Below, piece by piece: positions 40,330-51,501 of a DNA stretch of 64,000 nt. Below the pieces are notes generated by a model. That model saw only the letters and a list, made by a program, of their open reading frames with translations, searched no databases and was not told the DNA's origin. A program made the position numbers and the translations under genes. Source of the DNA: an uncultured delta proteobacterium (GTDB taxonomy: Bacteria > Desulfobacterota > Desulfobacteria > Desulfobacterales > JAFDCJ01). The stretch is from assembly GCA_963769935.1 (NCBI GenBank), contig CAVYNY010000020.1, positions 448,001 through 512,000 of the forward strand, written 5' to 3'. Numbering within the stretch: the first letter of the stretch is position 1; every line of letters begins with the position of its first letter.

Positions 40330-42939
40330 TTACTCTATTCCCGGTTTGATCTCCTCCAGATAATAACTTTCCAAGACATCGCCGACTTTGATGTCATTGA
40401 AGTTTTCAACCCCGATGCCGCATTCGTAACCGGCCTGAACTTCCTTGACGTCGTCTTTAAACCGGCGCAGGGAGGAGTTTTTGCCATTGTATAACTGGAC
40501 GCCGTCTCGGACGACACGCATATTCTGTCCCCGTTCAATCTTGCCGTCGGTTACATAACAGCCGGCGATGGCACCCAGCTTGGGTATATGAAACACCTCG
40601 CGAACCTCGGCCGAACCAAGAACGTGTTCTTCATAGGTGGACTCCATCATCCCTACCATGGCACCCTTGACATCTTTGATGACATCGTAGATGACATTGT
40701 AAAAGCGCATGTCCACATTTTCTTCGGCGGCCAGGGCTTGAATCTTCGAAGTCGGCCGCACATTAAAGCCGATGATGATCGCATTGGATACGGCGGCCAG
40801 GGAGATGTCCGATTCGGAGATGGTTCCGCTGGCCGAATGCACTACGTTGACCTTGACTTCATCATTGGACAGCTTTGTCAGCGCTTCAATCAGGGCTTCG
40901 ATCGAGCCGTGCACATCCGCTTTTAAAACGATGTTGAGATCCTTGACCTCACCCTGCTGCAGTTGTTCATAGAGTTTATCGAGGCTGAGTCGATTGGTCT
41001 GGGCCAGGTCTTTGGATCGCTGTTTTTGACCGCGGTGCAGGCTGACCTGTTTGGCGCTGCGTTCGTCCTCCAAAGCGATTAGTTCATCTCCGGCCATGGG
41101 CACGCCGGACAGACCCAGGACTTCCACCGGAATCGAAGGCCCGGCGGCGTCCACCGGGGTGCCGCGGTCGTTCAGCATGGCCCGGATTTTTCCGTAATGA
41201 ATGCCGCATACTACCGGGTCACCGGTACGCAGGGTGCCTTCTCTGACAAGCACGGTGGCGACCGGTCCGCGGCCGGAGTCGATCTTGGCTTCCACGACGT
41301 GGCCGAAAGCCTTTTTGTCCGCGTTGGCCTTGAGTTCCAGAACTTCGGCCTGCAGCAAAATCATTTCAAGCAGGCTGTCAATTCCCACACGCTGCTTGGC
41401 GGAAACATGCACAAAGATTGTATCACCGCCCCAATCTTCCGGAGTCAGTCCGTTTTCGGCCAGCTCCCGTTTGACACGATCGATATCCGCATTGGATTTG
41501 TCGATTTTGTTGACCGCAACGATAATCGGGACATTGGCGGCGCGGGCGTGATTAATGGCTTCAATGGTTTGAGGCATCACGCCGTCATCGGCGGCCACCA
41601 CCAGAACGACAATGTCGGTGATTTTAGCGCCGCGTGCGCGCATGGCCGTGAACGCCTCATGACCCGGCGTGTCCAGAAAGGCGACCTGTCCCCTATCGGT
41701 GGTAACATGATAGGCGCCGATATGTTGGGTAATACCGCCGGCTTCCAGATCGGTAATTCTGGTTTTGCGGATAACATCCAGCAAGGAGGTTTTGCCGTGA
41801 TCCACATGCCCCATAATGGTTACCACCGGCGGCCGCTCCTTCATTTTTTCAGGGTCGTCGGCCTGTTGTTTCAAAATTTCCTCTTCCTCGAAGGCGGCAC
41901 GCTCCACTTCATAGTTAAATTCCGTAGCAACCATAGACGCCGTTTCATAGTCGATGCTCTGATTGACGGTGGCCATAAATCCCATGCCCATGAGGGCTTT
42001 TATCATTTCACCGGCTTTGATCCCCATGCGTTTCGCCAGATCGGACAGTACGATGGCATCGTCGATCTTGATGCGGCGCTTAATGGCCTTGGCAGTTGTA
42101 ATCTGAGTCTTCTGGGTGGCGACGGGGGCTTTGGCCTTGGCGCCTTTGCGAGGCTTACGGGCTCGATAGCCCTCGTCATAAAGGTCCTGACCCTCAACGA
42201 CGGATTTTTTCCGGAACGATATCTTCTTTTTTAAGAACTTGCGGTCCTGCTCAGGTTCTTCGCCTTTCTTCTTCCATTTTTTCTTCTTGGCGTCTTTGAG
42301 CGACGCTTCTTCCTGTTTCTCGTCCGGCTGGGGTTTAGTCGCTTTGCCGCTCGCAAGCGTTTCACCCTGGGCCGGAACCGCTTCTTTGTCTTCGGGTTTG
42401 GCCGCCGCCGGTTTTTCTACCGGCCTTATCGGCAATTGAATGATTTTCGCCGATTCTTCCCGCTTGCCCTTTTTGACGGGTTTTTTCGGCTTTTTCTTCT
42501 TGAGGTCTTCGGGTATCGCAACTTTTGCTTCGGCAACGGCCTTATCCGCAGGTTTTTCTTCAACCGGCTCAGGCTCTGCGGCAACCGTCTCCGCGGCGTC
42601 TGCCGCCGGTGCCGCTTCCTCGGCGCCCGCCTCAATGTCGAGTGTTTCTTCAGCGGGCTGTTCGCCGATCTCCTCGGCGGGCTGCGATGCCGGTTCAGCA
42701 GCCGCTTCAACCGGAATTTGTTTGCGCCGCCTTCGAATGACCGTCGGCCTTATGCGGGTCTCTTCAATGGTTTCTTCTTTTTTACCAAAAAGCTGTTGCC
42801 TTATTCTGGTAACGGTCTCATCGTCTAAAGCGCTCATGTGGCTCTTGACGGAGATATCCAGATCATTCAGCTTGCTCAAAAGCAACTGGTTGGTCATGTT
42901 AAGGTCTCTGGCAAGCTCATAAACTCTAGTCTTTGCCAT
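40330..42939 (-). CDS. infB: Translation initiation factor IF-2
   Basis: [42 protein letters not shown]. Confidence 0.98.
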   Translation of the reverse strand: MAKTRVYELARDLNMTNQLLLSKLNDLDISVKSHMSALDDETVTRIRQQLFGKKEETIEETRIRPTVIRRRRKQIPVEAAAEPASQPAEEIGEQPAEETLDIEAGAEEAAPAADAAETVAAEPEPVEEKPADKAVAEAKVAIPEDLKKKKPKKPVKKGKREESAKIIQLPIRPVEKPAAAKPEDKEAVPAQGETLASGKATKPQPDEKQEEASLKDAKKKKWKKKGEEPEQDRKFLKKKISFRKKSVVEGQDLYDEGYRARKPRKGAKAKAPVATQKTQITTAKAIKRRIKIDDAIVLSDLAKRMGIKAGEMIKALMGMGFMATVNQSIDYETASMVATEFNYEVERAAFEEEEILKQQADDPEKMKERPPVVTIMGHVDHGKTSLLDVIRKTRITDLEAGGITQHIGAYHVTTDRGQVAFLDTPGHEAFTAMRARGAKITDIVVLVVAADDGVMPQTIEAINHARAANVPIIVAVNKIDKSNADIDRVKRELAENGLTPEDWGGDTIFVHVSAKQRVGIDSLLEMILLQAEVLELKANADKKAFGHVVEAKIDSGRGPVATVLVREGTLRTGDPVVCGIHYGKIRAMLNDRGTPVDAAGPSIPVEVLGLSGVPMAGDELIALEDERSAKQVSLHRGQKQRSKDLAQTNRLSLDKLYEQLQQGEVKDLNIVLKADVHGSIEALIEALTKLSNDEVKVNVVHSASGTISESDISLAAVSNAIIIGFNVRPTSKIQALAAEENVDMRFYNVIYDVIKDVKGAMVGMMESTYEEHVLGSAEVREVFHIPKLGAIAGCYVTDGKIERGQNMRVVRDGVQLYNGKNSSLRRFKDDVKEVQAGYECGIGVENFNDIKVGDVLESYYLEEIKPGIE

Positions 42940-43130
42940 TACTTCCCCCTAAGGCTAATTTTTTTGCCGCCTAGCAGCTCAACATCGACAATATTTTCTG
43001 ATATTAAATTAATGCCGACAGCCACAGTAAGTAAGTTTATAAAAATCACCGGTGTAATTCACGGCCGGTGAACCGTTGATATTTGGAACAATTTAACAAA
43101 GTATCGCAATCAAGTTTATAGTGAAGTCCG

Positions 43131-44681
43131 CTATGTATTTTCCGGGTCCGGCTCATCGGAAGGCTGCACGGGCTCCGGGGGATCTTCCTGTTCATCGGCC
43201 GCACTTTCAACGGTTTTTCCGCCGCCGTCCTCAGTATTTTCCGCCGCCGGTGGCGTGCTATCATCTTGTTCCGCGGCTTCCGCAGCGGTACTATCTTCTT
43301 CCGCCGCCGGTGGCGTGCTATCATCTTGTTCCGCGGCTTCCGCAGCGGTACTATCTTCTTCCGCCGCCGGTGGCGTGCTATCATCTTGTTCCGCGGCTTC
43401 CGCAACGGTGCTATCTTCTTCAGCTGCCGAAGCGGCGCCGCCGGTTGCCGCGGCCGCTTTTCTGGCAGCCTCCATAAGTTTGACGGCTTTTTCTTCCCCG
43501 ATACCTCTAATTTGCATCAAGTCTTCCAGGCCGGCGCTGGCGATTTCTTCAGCCGAGTAAAAGCCGGATTCGTATAATGCATCGGCCAGACTGACACCGA
43601 CGCCCGGCAGCGCCACCAGCGAATCATAGCCGGTCTGCATGGCCTGGCTGTAACGGGTTTCACTTTTTACATCCAGGTGCCAGCCGGTGAGTTTGGAGGC
43701 CAGCCTCACGTTCTGTCCCTTTTTGCCGATGGCAATCGACAGAAAGTCGTCCGGCACAATAACTTCCATCGAGTTGTCGTCTTCGTCAATGATGACCCTG
43801 GATATTTCGGCGGGAGCCAGCGAGTTGCATACGAATTTGGCGGGGTCGACATGCCAGGGAATGATGTCGATTTTCTCCCCCCGCAACTCCTGGACGACGT
43901 TTTGAACCCGACTGCCTTTCATGCCGACGCAGGCTCCGACAGGATCAATGTCCGAATTATTCGAGGCCACGGCGATCTTGGCGCGTACGCCGGGCTCACG
44001 GGATGCCCCCATTATATTGACGATGCCCTCGGTGATTTCCGGCACTTCGGTGCGGAAGAGATTAATCAGAAAATTCGGGTGCGTGCGTGAAAGAACAATC
44101 TGCGGGCCGCGTGAATCATGCAGTACATCCAGGATAAATGCGCGGATGCGATCTCCCCGCCGATACGATTCCCTTGGCACCTGTTCCCGGACCGGCACGA
44201 TTCCATCGGTCTGCCCCAGGTTTACAATAATATCGCCCCGATCGATTCGCTGAACGATGCCGTTGATGATTTCCCCCTTGCGATCAATGAAACTGGCATA
44301 AATCGCATCTTTTTCAGCATCCTTCATTTTCTGGATGATGACCTGCTTGGCCGATTGGGCGGCGATGCGACCGAAAGTGCTGGTATCCATTTTGGTGCCC
44401 AGGCTGTCGCCTATTTCGCAGTCGGGATCCAGTTTGCGTCCTTCCGCGAGGCTGATTTCGACCTCCGGATCGGTGACGGCTTCGGCGACTTCTTTAAACT
44501 GAAAGACTTCGATTTCGCCGGATTCATCATTGTATTGAACCTCGATATCTATCTTGTTGCCGTACTTTTTTCTGGCAGCAGATCGCAATGCTTCTTCCAG
44601 AGCCTTGATAAGAACCTCACGGTCAATGCCTTTATCCCGGCTGACCTGTTCGACGACGCGTTTTATGTCTGATATAAACAT
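43131..44681 (-). CDS. nusA: Transcription termination factor NusA with acidic repeat tail
   Basis: FGRIAAQSAKQVI.Q, S1/KH domains, IG..GQNVRLA, HhH; start at MFISD. Confidence 0.97.
   Translation of the reverse strand: MFISDIKRVVEQVSRDKGIDREVLIKALEEALRSAARKKYGNKIDIEVQYNDESGEIEVFQFKEVAEAVTDPEVEISLAEGRKLDPDCEIGDSLGTKMDTSTFGRIAAQSAKQVIIQKMKDAEKDAIYASFIDRKGEIINGIVQRIDRGDIIVNLGQTDGIVPVREQVPRESYRRGDRIRAFILDVLHDSRGPQIVLSRTHPNFLINLFRTEVPEITEGIVNIMGASREPGVRAKIAVASNNSDIDPVGACVGMKGSRVQNVVQELRGEKIDIIPWHVDPAKFVCNSLAPAEISRVIIDEDDNSMEVIVPDDFLSIAIGKKGQNVRLASKLTGWHLDVKSETRYSQAMQTGYDSLVALPGVGVSLADALYESGFYSAEEIASAGLEDLMQIRGIGEEKAVKLMEAARKAAAATGGAASAAEEDSTVAEAAEQDDSTPPAAEEDSTAAEAAEQDDSTPPAAEEDSTAAEAAEQDDSTPPAAENTEDGGGKTVESAADEQEDPPEPVQPSDEPDPENT
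43239..43421. repeat. Three near-perfect 60-bp tandem repeats in the nusA 3' region
   Basis: Lines 43261/43321/43381 near identical; encodes AAEEDSTAAEAAEQDDSTPP. Confidence 0.95.
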
Positions 44682-44702
44682 CAGATATCTCCATTTCAAC
44701 CT

Positions 44703-45221
44703 TCATTCAACAAGCCGTGCTTTTGATATATCCTCATACGGCAGGCTGATAACCTGCTCACCGATCTGCAGCTTCACCTCGTCGTCGGATATTCCCAAAA
44801 GTACCCCTGTAAAATTTTTTTGCCCGTTCAACAGTTGATTTGTTTTAATTTTTACCCGGCTACCTTTGAATCTCTCAAAATCCTGCTTTTTCGCCAGCGG
44901 ACGCTCCGGACCCGGGGAGGTTACCTCAAGATTGTAAGGGCCGGCGTCCTGCAGATGAACATCCAGAATGTCTCCCAACTGGCGGCTGACACCGACACAA
45001 TCATCCAGATTGATTCCACCGGGTTTATCTATATACAGGCGCAGGATTCTGCCGGCCGACTCCCGCTGGTATTCTACCTGAACCAACTCCAGGCCTTCGG
45101 ATTCACACAGCGTTTCCGCCAGCGCCCAAACCTGCTGAATAACTTTTTTCTCATTGACCCTGGGCCGGGCGGTTTCCTTGGTCCCGGCTTCTTTATTGTG
45201 ACGATGATTCATTTTTTTCAC
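44703..45221 (-). CDS. rimP: Ribosome maturation factor RimP
   Basis: LRLYIDK.GG..LDDC..VSR, Y.LEV.SPG.ERPL, KARL. Confidence 0.96.
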   Translation of the reverse strand: MKKMNHRHNKEAGTKETARPRVNEKKVIQQVWALAETLCESEGLELVQVEYQRESAGRILRLYIDKPGGINLDDCVGVSRQLGDILDVHLQDAGPYNLEVTSPGPERPLAKKQDFERFKGSRVKIKTNQLLNGQKNFTGVLLGISDDEVKLQIGEQVISLPYEDISKARLVE

Positions 45222-45246
45222 CGCCCCGCAAAATCTCCTCTTTAAA

Positions 45247-45275
45247 AACGCAAAAACGGGCTGTCGCCCGTTTCC
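45247..45275 (-). promoter_or_regulatory. rimP leader hairpin
   Basis: AAACGGGC-GACA-GCCCGTTTTT on minus strand just upstream of rimP. Confidence 0.6.
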
Positions 45276-45420
45276 TCATGTTGCAGGTAGATCTTCTTGA
45301 TTTACAGCGAGAAAGATTATCTGTTCATGCCATTAACCATAAGGAAAAATTAAAGTTCATCCCACAAATCAAAAGACTACCCCAACCCATCACGTGAAAC
45401 GGAAAAGGCGAATCTAAACT

Positions 45421-45496
45421 TGGAGCGGGCAACGAGATTCGAACTCGCGACACCAAGCTTGGGAAGCTTGTACTCTACCAGCTGAGCTATGCCCGC
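45421..45496 (-). tRNA. tRNA-Gly(CCC)
   Basis: GCGGGCATAGCTCAGCTGGTAGAG...CAAGC-TTCCCAA-GCTTG...GTTCGAATC...GCCCGCTCCA; 76 nt with encoded CCA. Confidence 0.97.
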
Positions 45497-45555
45497 TTTC
45501 CTAAGATTAAAATATTTAAGACAATTTCTTTAAATTGTCAATAACTTTCAGCAAA

Positions 45556-45906
45556 CTATTTGTCGCCGAGCAGGTCCCGGATATTTTTTAATTCCGCTTT
45601 CAGCTCCGCCAGAAGCTTTCTGGAGGCCAACGGGTCGGTCTCGGCTCTGGAACTTAAATATTTGCGGGCACCGTCGATGGTAAATTTTTTATCATAAAGC
45701 AAGTGTTTGATTGCCAGAATCGTTTCAATATCTTTTCGGGTGTAAGATCGCTGACCCGCAGCCGTCCGCCGGGGATTTATTTTTTTAAACTCCCCTTCCC
45801 AGAACCTCAATACGTGGCTCGGAAGGCCTGAAATCCGGCTGACTTCGCTGATCTTGAAATAAAGCTTGTCAGGTATATTTATATCATACGGCTTTTCATT
45901 GCGCAT
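45556..45906 (-). CDS. MerR-family HTH regulator
   Basis: IPDKLYFKISEV...HVLRFWE.EF..I.P.R...G.R.Y; conserved after pheT. Confidence 0.9.
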   Translation of the reverse strand: MRNEKPYDINIPDKLYFKISEVSRISGLPSHVLRFWEGEFKKINPRRTAAGQRSYTRKDIETILAIKHLLYDKKFTIDGARKYLSSRAETDPLASRKLLAELKAELKNIRDLLGDK

Positions 45907-45919
45907 TGCCAAACCCATT

Positions 45920-46060
45920 TTCAATTGAAAATTGAAAATTGAAGAATGAAAATTTGTGGAAGTCGCTGCGCTCCGTCATTTTCTTGATAAGTCCTTAAAA
46001 TTGATCCGCCAAAGGCGAACCTTAAATCTTCAATATTCAATCTTCAATATTCATTTCTCA
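45920..46060. repeat. Inverted heptamer-array element
   Basis: TTGAAAA/TTGAAGA array, central GTCGCTGCGCTC, inverted TCTTCAA/TATTCAA array. Confidence 0.75.
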
Positions 46061-46072
46061 GGCGGATCCGGT

Positions 46073-48490
46073 TCAGGGCAAGGTGGCCTCAAATGCTGTT
46101 AATAGTTTATCGGTTATCGATTTGTGCAGTTCGTTGACATCCGGGTCCTCCAGGGTTTTATCCGCTGAACGGTAGGTCACACGAAACGAAACGCTTTTTT
46201 TGCCGGCGGCGACAGGCTCTCCTTCAAAGACATCAAACAGATGCAAATCCTCCATCAGTTCTTCATTAAAACCCGCAGCGGTCTCCAATACGGTTTGCGT
46301 TTCAATGCTCCGGTCGATAATAATGGTAATATCCCGGTAAACGGCGGGAAACCGCGGGATCGGTTTGGAAAATCTGGTTTGCGGCATCAAGGCGGCTATT
46401 TTATCCAACGCGAGTTCAAAGATATAACCGGTTTGCTTCAAATCGAAGCTGCCGAGCACCCGGGGATGGATTTCACCCACCAGCCCGAGCACGGAATCGG
46501 CTGCTACAATCTGGGCCGTGTATCCCGGTCTGGTATATTCGCAGGATTCAGCCGGCATTTTCGTAAAGCGGGTCCCCTCTATCTTTAATCCGCGCAGCAA
46601 GCCTTCGGCGACTCCCTTGATATCGTAATAATCGCATGGCATTTCCCGGTTGTACCAGGACGCTTCATTGCGAGCTCCGGACCAGAGGGCCATCAGCAAT
46701 TCAGGTTCCAGCGGAAGATTTTGGGTGTCCGTTTTGAGAAAAGCCTTTCCAATCTCAAACAACTTGAGATTCTTTATTTGCCGGGCCATGTTATAGGCCA
46801 TTGTTGAGAGAATGCCCGGCACCAGACTCGTACGCATGACCGTCTGATCATCGGTCAGCGGATTTAAAATGTGAATCATCGACCGGCGGGGATCACCTGC
46901 TTTAATTTGCAGGCGATCGCAGGACGATTCCGAATCAAAACTGTAGGTGATGACTTCGCTGAATCCAAATCCCTTCATCAGGCGTTTCAGCCGGTTGCGG
47001 AGCGCCAGCCGGCGGGCCGGCGGTCGACCCTCGGCCGGCATCGCCGGGTGCGTGGTCGGGATGTTGTTATAGCCATACAGCCGGGCGACTTCCTCCATCA
47101 GATCTTCGGGTCTTGTTATGTCCACCCGGAATGTCGGGGCCCTGGCTATCAGACCATCCGCATTGTTGTTGAGCAGTTCGACTTTGAATTCAATCGACTC
47201 AAGAAGTTCCCGGATGCGGTTGCGCTCCAGTTGAGTACCCAGCACACGGTTGGCCCGCTTGGTGCTCAGCGCGACGCTTGTGGCAGGTTGAGGCTTCGGA
47301 TATTCATCGATGATTCCGTCGATGAGGGAGCCTCGGCCGATTTCCACCATGAGCTTGGCAGACCGGTTGACCGCCCGAATGGTGCCCTCCGGATCTACAC
47401 CGCGTTCGAAACGATGGGACGCATCCGTATTCAGTCCTAATTTTTTGGAAGTTCGGCGGATACTGACCGGGTTAAAATAAGCGCCTTCGATGAGCACGCG
47501 GGTGGTGTCATTTTCGATTTCCGAGTTGAGCCCCCCCATGACACCGCCAACACCCACGGCTTTGTCGCCGTCGCAGATCATAAGCATGTCCGCTTCGAGC
47601 GTCCTTTGCTTTTCATCCAGGGTGGAAAATTTTTCGCCCTGAGCGGCCAGACGCACCACAATGCGGTTTTCGGCCAGCCGATCGAAATCAAAGGCATGCA
47701 GCGGTTGGCCGGTCTCCATCATGACAAAATTGGTGATATCGACGATGTTGTTGATCGGCCGCAGGCCGATCGACAGCAACCGATCCTGGAGCCAGAACGG
47801 TGACGGCGCCACTTTAACGTCTTGCACCAGTCTGGCTGAATAGCGGGGACAATGGTCCGGAGCCTCGATTCGGACCGATGCGAGTTTGTGGATGGCATCC
47901 GTTTTATCCTCAATGGTATAATCGGGATATTTCAAGTGCGTCTTTTGGATGGCGGCTATTTCCCGGGCAATGCCGATCACGCTGAGACAATCCGGCCGGT
48001 TGGGGGTCAGATCCAATTCAAACACCGTGTCTGAAAGTCCCAGGTTTTGGGCCAGATTTCCGCCCACTTTCAATGCGGAATCCAGAGCCATAATCCCGCC
48101 GGGTTCATCGCCGATACCCAGTTCGGCGTCGCTGCAAAGCATGCCTTCGGAACGTTCACCCCGGATGACGCTTTTTTCCAGCCGGGATCCATCGGGCAAG
48201 ACGGTGCCGGGCAGTGCCAGCGGTGCCAGCATGCCTTCCCGGACGTTGGGGGCACCGCACACCACCGACAACCGGCGGTCGCCGCTGTTTACGCGGCAGA
48301 TTTTCAATTTGTCGGCGTTGGGATGGGGTTCCACCGCCTCGATCCGGCCGACGATAACGCTGTTTAGATAAGCATAGCGGTCTGAGACGGAATCGACTTC
48401 CAGACCGGCCATGGTCAACGCCTCCGCCAGAACGGCCGGATCCATATTGATATCGATATAATCTTTTAGCCAGCTTAAGCTAACTTTCAT
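46073..48490 (-). CDS. pheT: Phenylalanine-tRNA ligase beta subunit
   Basis: MKVSLSWL, HPNADKL, TPNRPDCLS, GQPLHAFD, RFERGVD, FDX-ACB tail. Confidence 0.98.
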   Translation of the reverse strand: MKVSLSWLKDYIDINMDPAVLAEALTMAGLEVDSVSDRYAYLNSVIVGRIEAVEPHPNADKLKICRVNSGDRRLSVVCGAPNVREGMLAPLALPGTVLPDGSRLEKSVIRGERSEGMLCSDAELGIGDEPGGIMALDSALKVGGNLAQNLGLSDTVFELDLTPNRPDCLSVIGIAREIAAIQKTHLKYPDYTIEDKTDAIHKLASVRIEAPDHCPRYSARLVQDVKVAPSPFWLQDRLLSIGLRPINNIVDITNFVMMETGQPLHAFDFDRLAENRIVVRLAAQGEKFSTLDEKQRTLEADMLMICDGDKAVGVGGVMGGLNSEIENDTTRVLIEGAYFNPVSIRRTSKKLGLNTDASHRFERGVDPEGTIRAVNRSAKLMVEIGRGSLIDGIIDEYPKPQPATSVALSTKRANRVLGTQLERNRIRELLESIEFKVELLNNNADGLIARAPTFRVDITRPEDLMEEVARLYGYNNIPTTHPAMPAEGRPPARRLALRNRLKRLMKGFGFSEVITYSFDSESSCDRLQIKAGDPRRSMIHILNPLTDDQTVMRTSLVPGILSTMAYNMARQIKNLKLFEIGKAFLKTDTQNLPLEPELLMALWSGARNEASWYNREMPCDYYDIKGVAEGLLRGLKIEGTRFTKMPAESCEYTRPGYTAQIVAADSVLGLVGEIHPRVLGSFDLKQTGYIFELALDKIAALMPQTRFSKPIPRFPAVYRDITIIIDRSIETQTVLETAAGFNEELMEDLHLFDVFEGEPVAAGKKSVSFRVTYRSADKTLEDPDVNELHKSITDKLLTAFEATLP

Positions 48491-48575
48491 GGTTTTTTTT
48501 ACTCACCCAGATTTAAGATTCTGTAGAACGCAGTTCCGATTTGGATAGCTGCCTGGGATAACTGCTAGCGTGTTT

Positions 48576-49583
48576 TTAAAATTGCGATAGAAACCGCATA
48601 TCATTTTCAAAAAACTTGCGGATGTCGTCGATGCCGTACTTGAGCATGGCAATGCGCTCCACCCCCATGCCGAATGCAAAGCCGGTATAGCGGTCGGCAT
48701 CATAGCCCACATTTTCATATAGGGCCGGGTGAACCATGCCGGAGCCTAGAATTTCAAGCCACCCGGTATGCGAGCAGACCCGGCAGCCCTTGCCCCGGCA
48801 CATGACACAGAGGATATCGACTTCCGCGCTGGGTTCGGTGAACGGGAAAAAGCTGGGACGGAACCTCAGGCTCGTCTGATCATCAAACATCTGGTGCACA
48901 AAGGTGGTGAGCACGCCTTTGAGATCTCCAAAGGAGATATTCTCGTCCACCAGCAGCCCCTCCACCTGGTTAAACATGGGGGTATGGGTCAGATCAGAAT
49001 CACAGCGGTATACTTTGCCGGGGCAGACGATCCTCACCGGCGGCGCCTGTTTTTCCATGGTCCTGATCTGGAGAGGAGACGTATGGGTTCTTAAAACGAC
49101 ATCGTCACTTACAAAAAAAGTGTCCTGCATATCCCTGGCCGGATGATCTTTGGGAAAGTTCAGCGCTTCGAAGTTGTAATAGTCTGATTCGACTTCCGGC
49201 CCTTCGGCAATATCAAACCCCAGACTCGAAAAAATATCGCAAATCCGGTCGTTGATCTGGGTAATCGGATGCAAAAAACCGGCTGAGCACGTTCTCCCCG
49301 GCAGGGAAACATCGATTCCATGGTCCCGGGCCTGACCCTCTGATGCTATCTTTTCAGCAGCCTGCTTAAAGGTTTTATCCAGGATACTTTTAACCTGGTT
49401 GGCTTTTTTGCCCGCCCGCGGCCGTTGCTCCGCCGGCAACTCGGCTATATTGCGCAAAAACTGGGTCAGGATCCCTTTGCGTCCCAGGTAGCGTACAGAG
49501 ATATCTTGAATATCCTGACCGCTTGCAGCAGCTTCAAGCTCGGCAAGCGCCTGTTTATGTATTTGATCTAATTTGTCATCCAC
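48576..49583 (-). CDS. pheS: Phenylalanine-tRNA ligase alpha subunit
   Basis: HPARDMQDTF, LRTHTS, FPFTEPS.E, GFAFG.G.ER. Confidence 0.98.
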   Translation of the reverse strand: MDDKLDQIHKQALAELEAAASGQDIQDISVRYLGRKGILTQFLRNIAELPAEQRPRAGKKANQVKSILDKTFKQAAEKIASEGQARDHGIDVSLPGRTCSAGFLHPITQINDRICDIFSSLGFDIAEGPEVESDYYNFEALNFPKDHPARDMQDTFFVSDDVVLRTHTSPLQIRTMEKQAPPVRIVCPGKVYRCDSDLTHTPMFNQVEGLLVDENISFGDLKGVLTTFVHQMFDDQTSLRFRPSFFPFTEPSAEVDILCVMCRGKGCRVCSHTGWLEILGSGMVHPALYENVGYDADRYTGFAFGMGVERIAMLKYGIDDIRKFFENDMRFLSQF

Positions 49584-49600
49584 TACTTAAAACCCTTTGG

Positions 49601-49710
49601 AATGCAGAATGTCGAATTTCGAATGACGAATGAAGGAATTCTGTCGTTTAAAAATTTTAAATAGACACAGATCCTCTAATTCGACATTCGTCAATTGTCA
49701 TTTGACATTC
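49601..49710. repeat. Inverted heptamer-array element
   Basis: GAATGCA/GAATGTC/GAATTTC/GAATGAC array and inverted GACATTC/GTCAATT/GTCATTT/GACATTC array. Confidence 0.8.
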
Positions 49711-50061
49711 CTATAGTTTCTGGACGGCCAGGTTTGCGATTTTTGCAAATCCGGTGGGATCAGAAATTGCCAGTTCGGCGAGAACCTTGCGATCCAACTC
49801 AACCCCCGCAAGTTTCAGGCCATGCATGAATTTGCTGTAGGATAAATTGTTCAGCCTTGTGGCGGCATTTATTCTGGCAATCCAGAGCCTCCGAAAATCC
49901 CGTTTGCGTGCCCGCCGATCGCGATAGGCATACATCAGGGCTTTATCGACGGCGTCGGCCGCGGTTCGAAACAATATTCCGCGACCGGCACGAAATCCTC
50001 TGGCCAATTTCAAAACCTTTTTGCGACGTCTTCTGGCTTTGAATCCTCGTTTTACTCTCAT
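49711..50061 (-). CDS. rplT: 50S ribosomal protein L20
   Basis: MRVKRG, YAYRDR...[15 protein letters not shown]. Confidence 0.98.
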   Translation of the reverse strand: MRVKRGFKARRRRKKVLKLARGFRAGRGILFRTAADAVDKALMYAYRDRRARKRDFRRLWIARINAATRLNNLSYSKFMHGLKLAGVELDRKVLAELAISDPTGFAKIANLAVQKL

Positions 50062-50081
50062 TTTGTTTACCTCGTTATCTT

Positions 50082-50232
50082 TGTCGTTTAGATCGTTTTT
50101 TCGTTTAGGCGGTTAAGATCGTTATGAGCGTTAGGATCGTTTTGCTGTTCAAGGTTTGGGGTTAAAAGAGCAAGAGCCATTGCCTTTCACCTTCCCAACA
50201 CTCGGTTCCGCCTTTACCCTATGCGCTCTGCC
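50082..50232. repeat. Composite nonamer/heptamer element (paralog of 57632-57884)
   Basis: TCGTTTAGA-type nonamers then GGGTTAAAAGAGCAAGAGCC.TT.CCTTTCACCTT shared with 57833-57866. Confidence 0.75.
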
Positions 50233-50259
50233 TTCTTTTTTTTATCTCTGCCTGCCGGA

Positions 50260-50457
50260 TCATCCATTGGGCAGCAAAAGCCTGATTTCCCTGCGGTCGG
50301 ATTTGGCAATGAGGTGCGCTCTGCGCAGCGCACGTTTGCGCTTGGTGGTTTTTTTGGTCAAAATATGGCTGGCGCAGGATTTTCGATAGACAATTTTCCC
50401 CGTGCCGGTCATTTTAAAACGCTTGGCAGCCGCACGATTTGTTTTTATTTTCGGCAT
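50260..50457 (-). CDS. rpmI: 50S ribosomal protein L35
   Basis: [29 protein letters not shown]. Confidence 0.98.
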   Translation of the reverse strand: MPKIKTNRAAAKRFKMTGTGKIVYRKSCASHILTKKTTKRKRALRRAHLIAKSDRREIRLLLPNG

Positions 50458-50646
50458 GAAAATACCTCCTTAAATTGAAAAGCCCGTGAAGCGGGCAACT
50501 ATAATTTTATAAAAATAGATGGCGTGAGCTGTCAAAAACCGGCCCACGCCAAAATCGAAATCGATATTAAATGGTAGCTATTTTGTCGGTGCCCTCGATA
50601 TATTTAAAATGCGCGGCATTCCCCACTTGGTTTCGACCGAGACGGT

Positions 50647-51186
50647 CTATTTCGGTGCCAGAAGCATGATCAGGGAGCGACCTTCTAATTTGGGACTTTG
50701 CTCCATCGTGGCAACCTCTTCGGTTTGCTCCGCAATTTTTACGAGCAACGCCATCCCCAATTGCGATAGTGTGATTTCTCGGCCCCGGAATATCACGGTT
50801 ACTTTGACTTTGTCTTTTCTTTCAAGAAATTTCTTTATGTGGTTGATTTTCGTCTGCAGATCATGTTCGCCGGTTTTGGGGCGGACCTTTATTTCCTTTA
50901 CCTGGAAGGTGCTCTGCTTCTTTTTGGCTTCCTGCTTCTTTTTGGTTTGTTCATACCGATAGCGTCCGTAGTCCATGATCTTACAAACCGGGGGATTCGC
51001 ATTGGGGGATACCTCCACCAGGTCGAGACCAAATTCCGCTGCCGTATCAAGGGCCTGCTTTGTAGAGATAACACCAACCTGGTTACCTTCGGGGTCAATG
51101 ACCCTGACTTCTCTGGCCCTGATTTCGTTGTTAATATTAACTTTGTTCGTCCGTATCGGTCGCTGGGGTCGTCTTGGTGATGCTAT
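50647..51186 (-). CDS. infC: Translation initiation factor IF-3, non-canonical ATA start
   Basis: IN.EIRA.EVRVID, DLVEVSP.A.PPVCKIMDYG, KVKV...FRGRE; AGGAGG-6nt-ATA at 51186 in frame (540 nt). Confidence 0.95.
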   Translation of the reverse strand: MASPRRPQRPIRTNKVNINNEIRAREVRVIDPEGNQVGVISTKQALDTAAEFGLDLVEVSPNANPPVCKIMDYGRYRYEQTKKKQEAKKKQSTFQVKEIKVRPKTGEHDLQTKINHIKKFLERKDKVKVTVIFRGREITLSQLGMALLVKIAEQTEEVATMEQSPKLEGRSLIMLLAPK

Positions 51187-51501
51187 GTTTTACCTCCTGG
51201 TTCAATGATTATGGTTGCGTTCACACACGCGCTCTACAAGTTTCGCAAGGTATGCACGCCGATGCCGGCGGCACCCCCACCCGGCTTGGAAAACCGTGGT
51301 GAATCCATCCGTTTGAATATACAACCAAAATAAGAAATGCAAGAAAAAAATGCAAGGGAAAAATGCTTTTGCCGGTTCATATTAAGTTTTTTCAGATTCT
51401 AGGATGATAGCCACCCTTCCGTTCATACAGAAAAGCCAGGTACAGCCAACGGTCTGAAACTTATGCGCCTCAAATGCAATCCAGCGAGAATGCTGATCAT
51501 T

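Noticed and set aside
43239..43421. 60-bp repeats as a CRISPR array
   Set aside because: Head-to-tail with no unique spacers, in frame within nusA, no cas genes
45300..45496. tRNA-Gly as an island attachment site
   Set aside because: No duplicated tRNA 3' end or integrase; rimP follows directly
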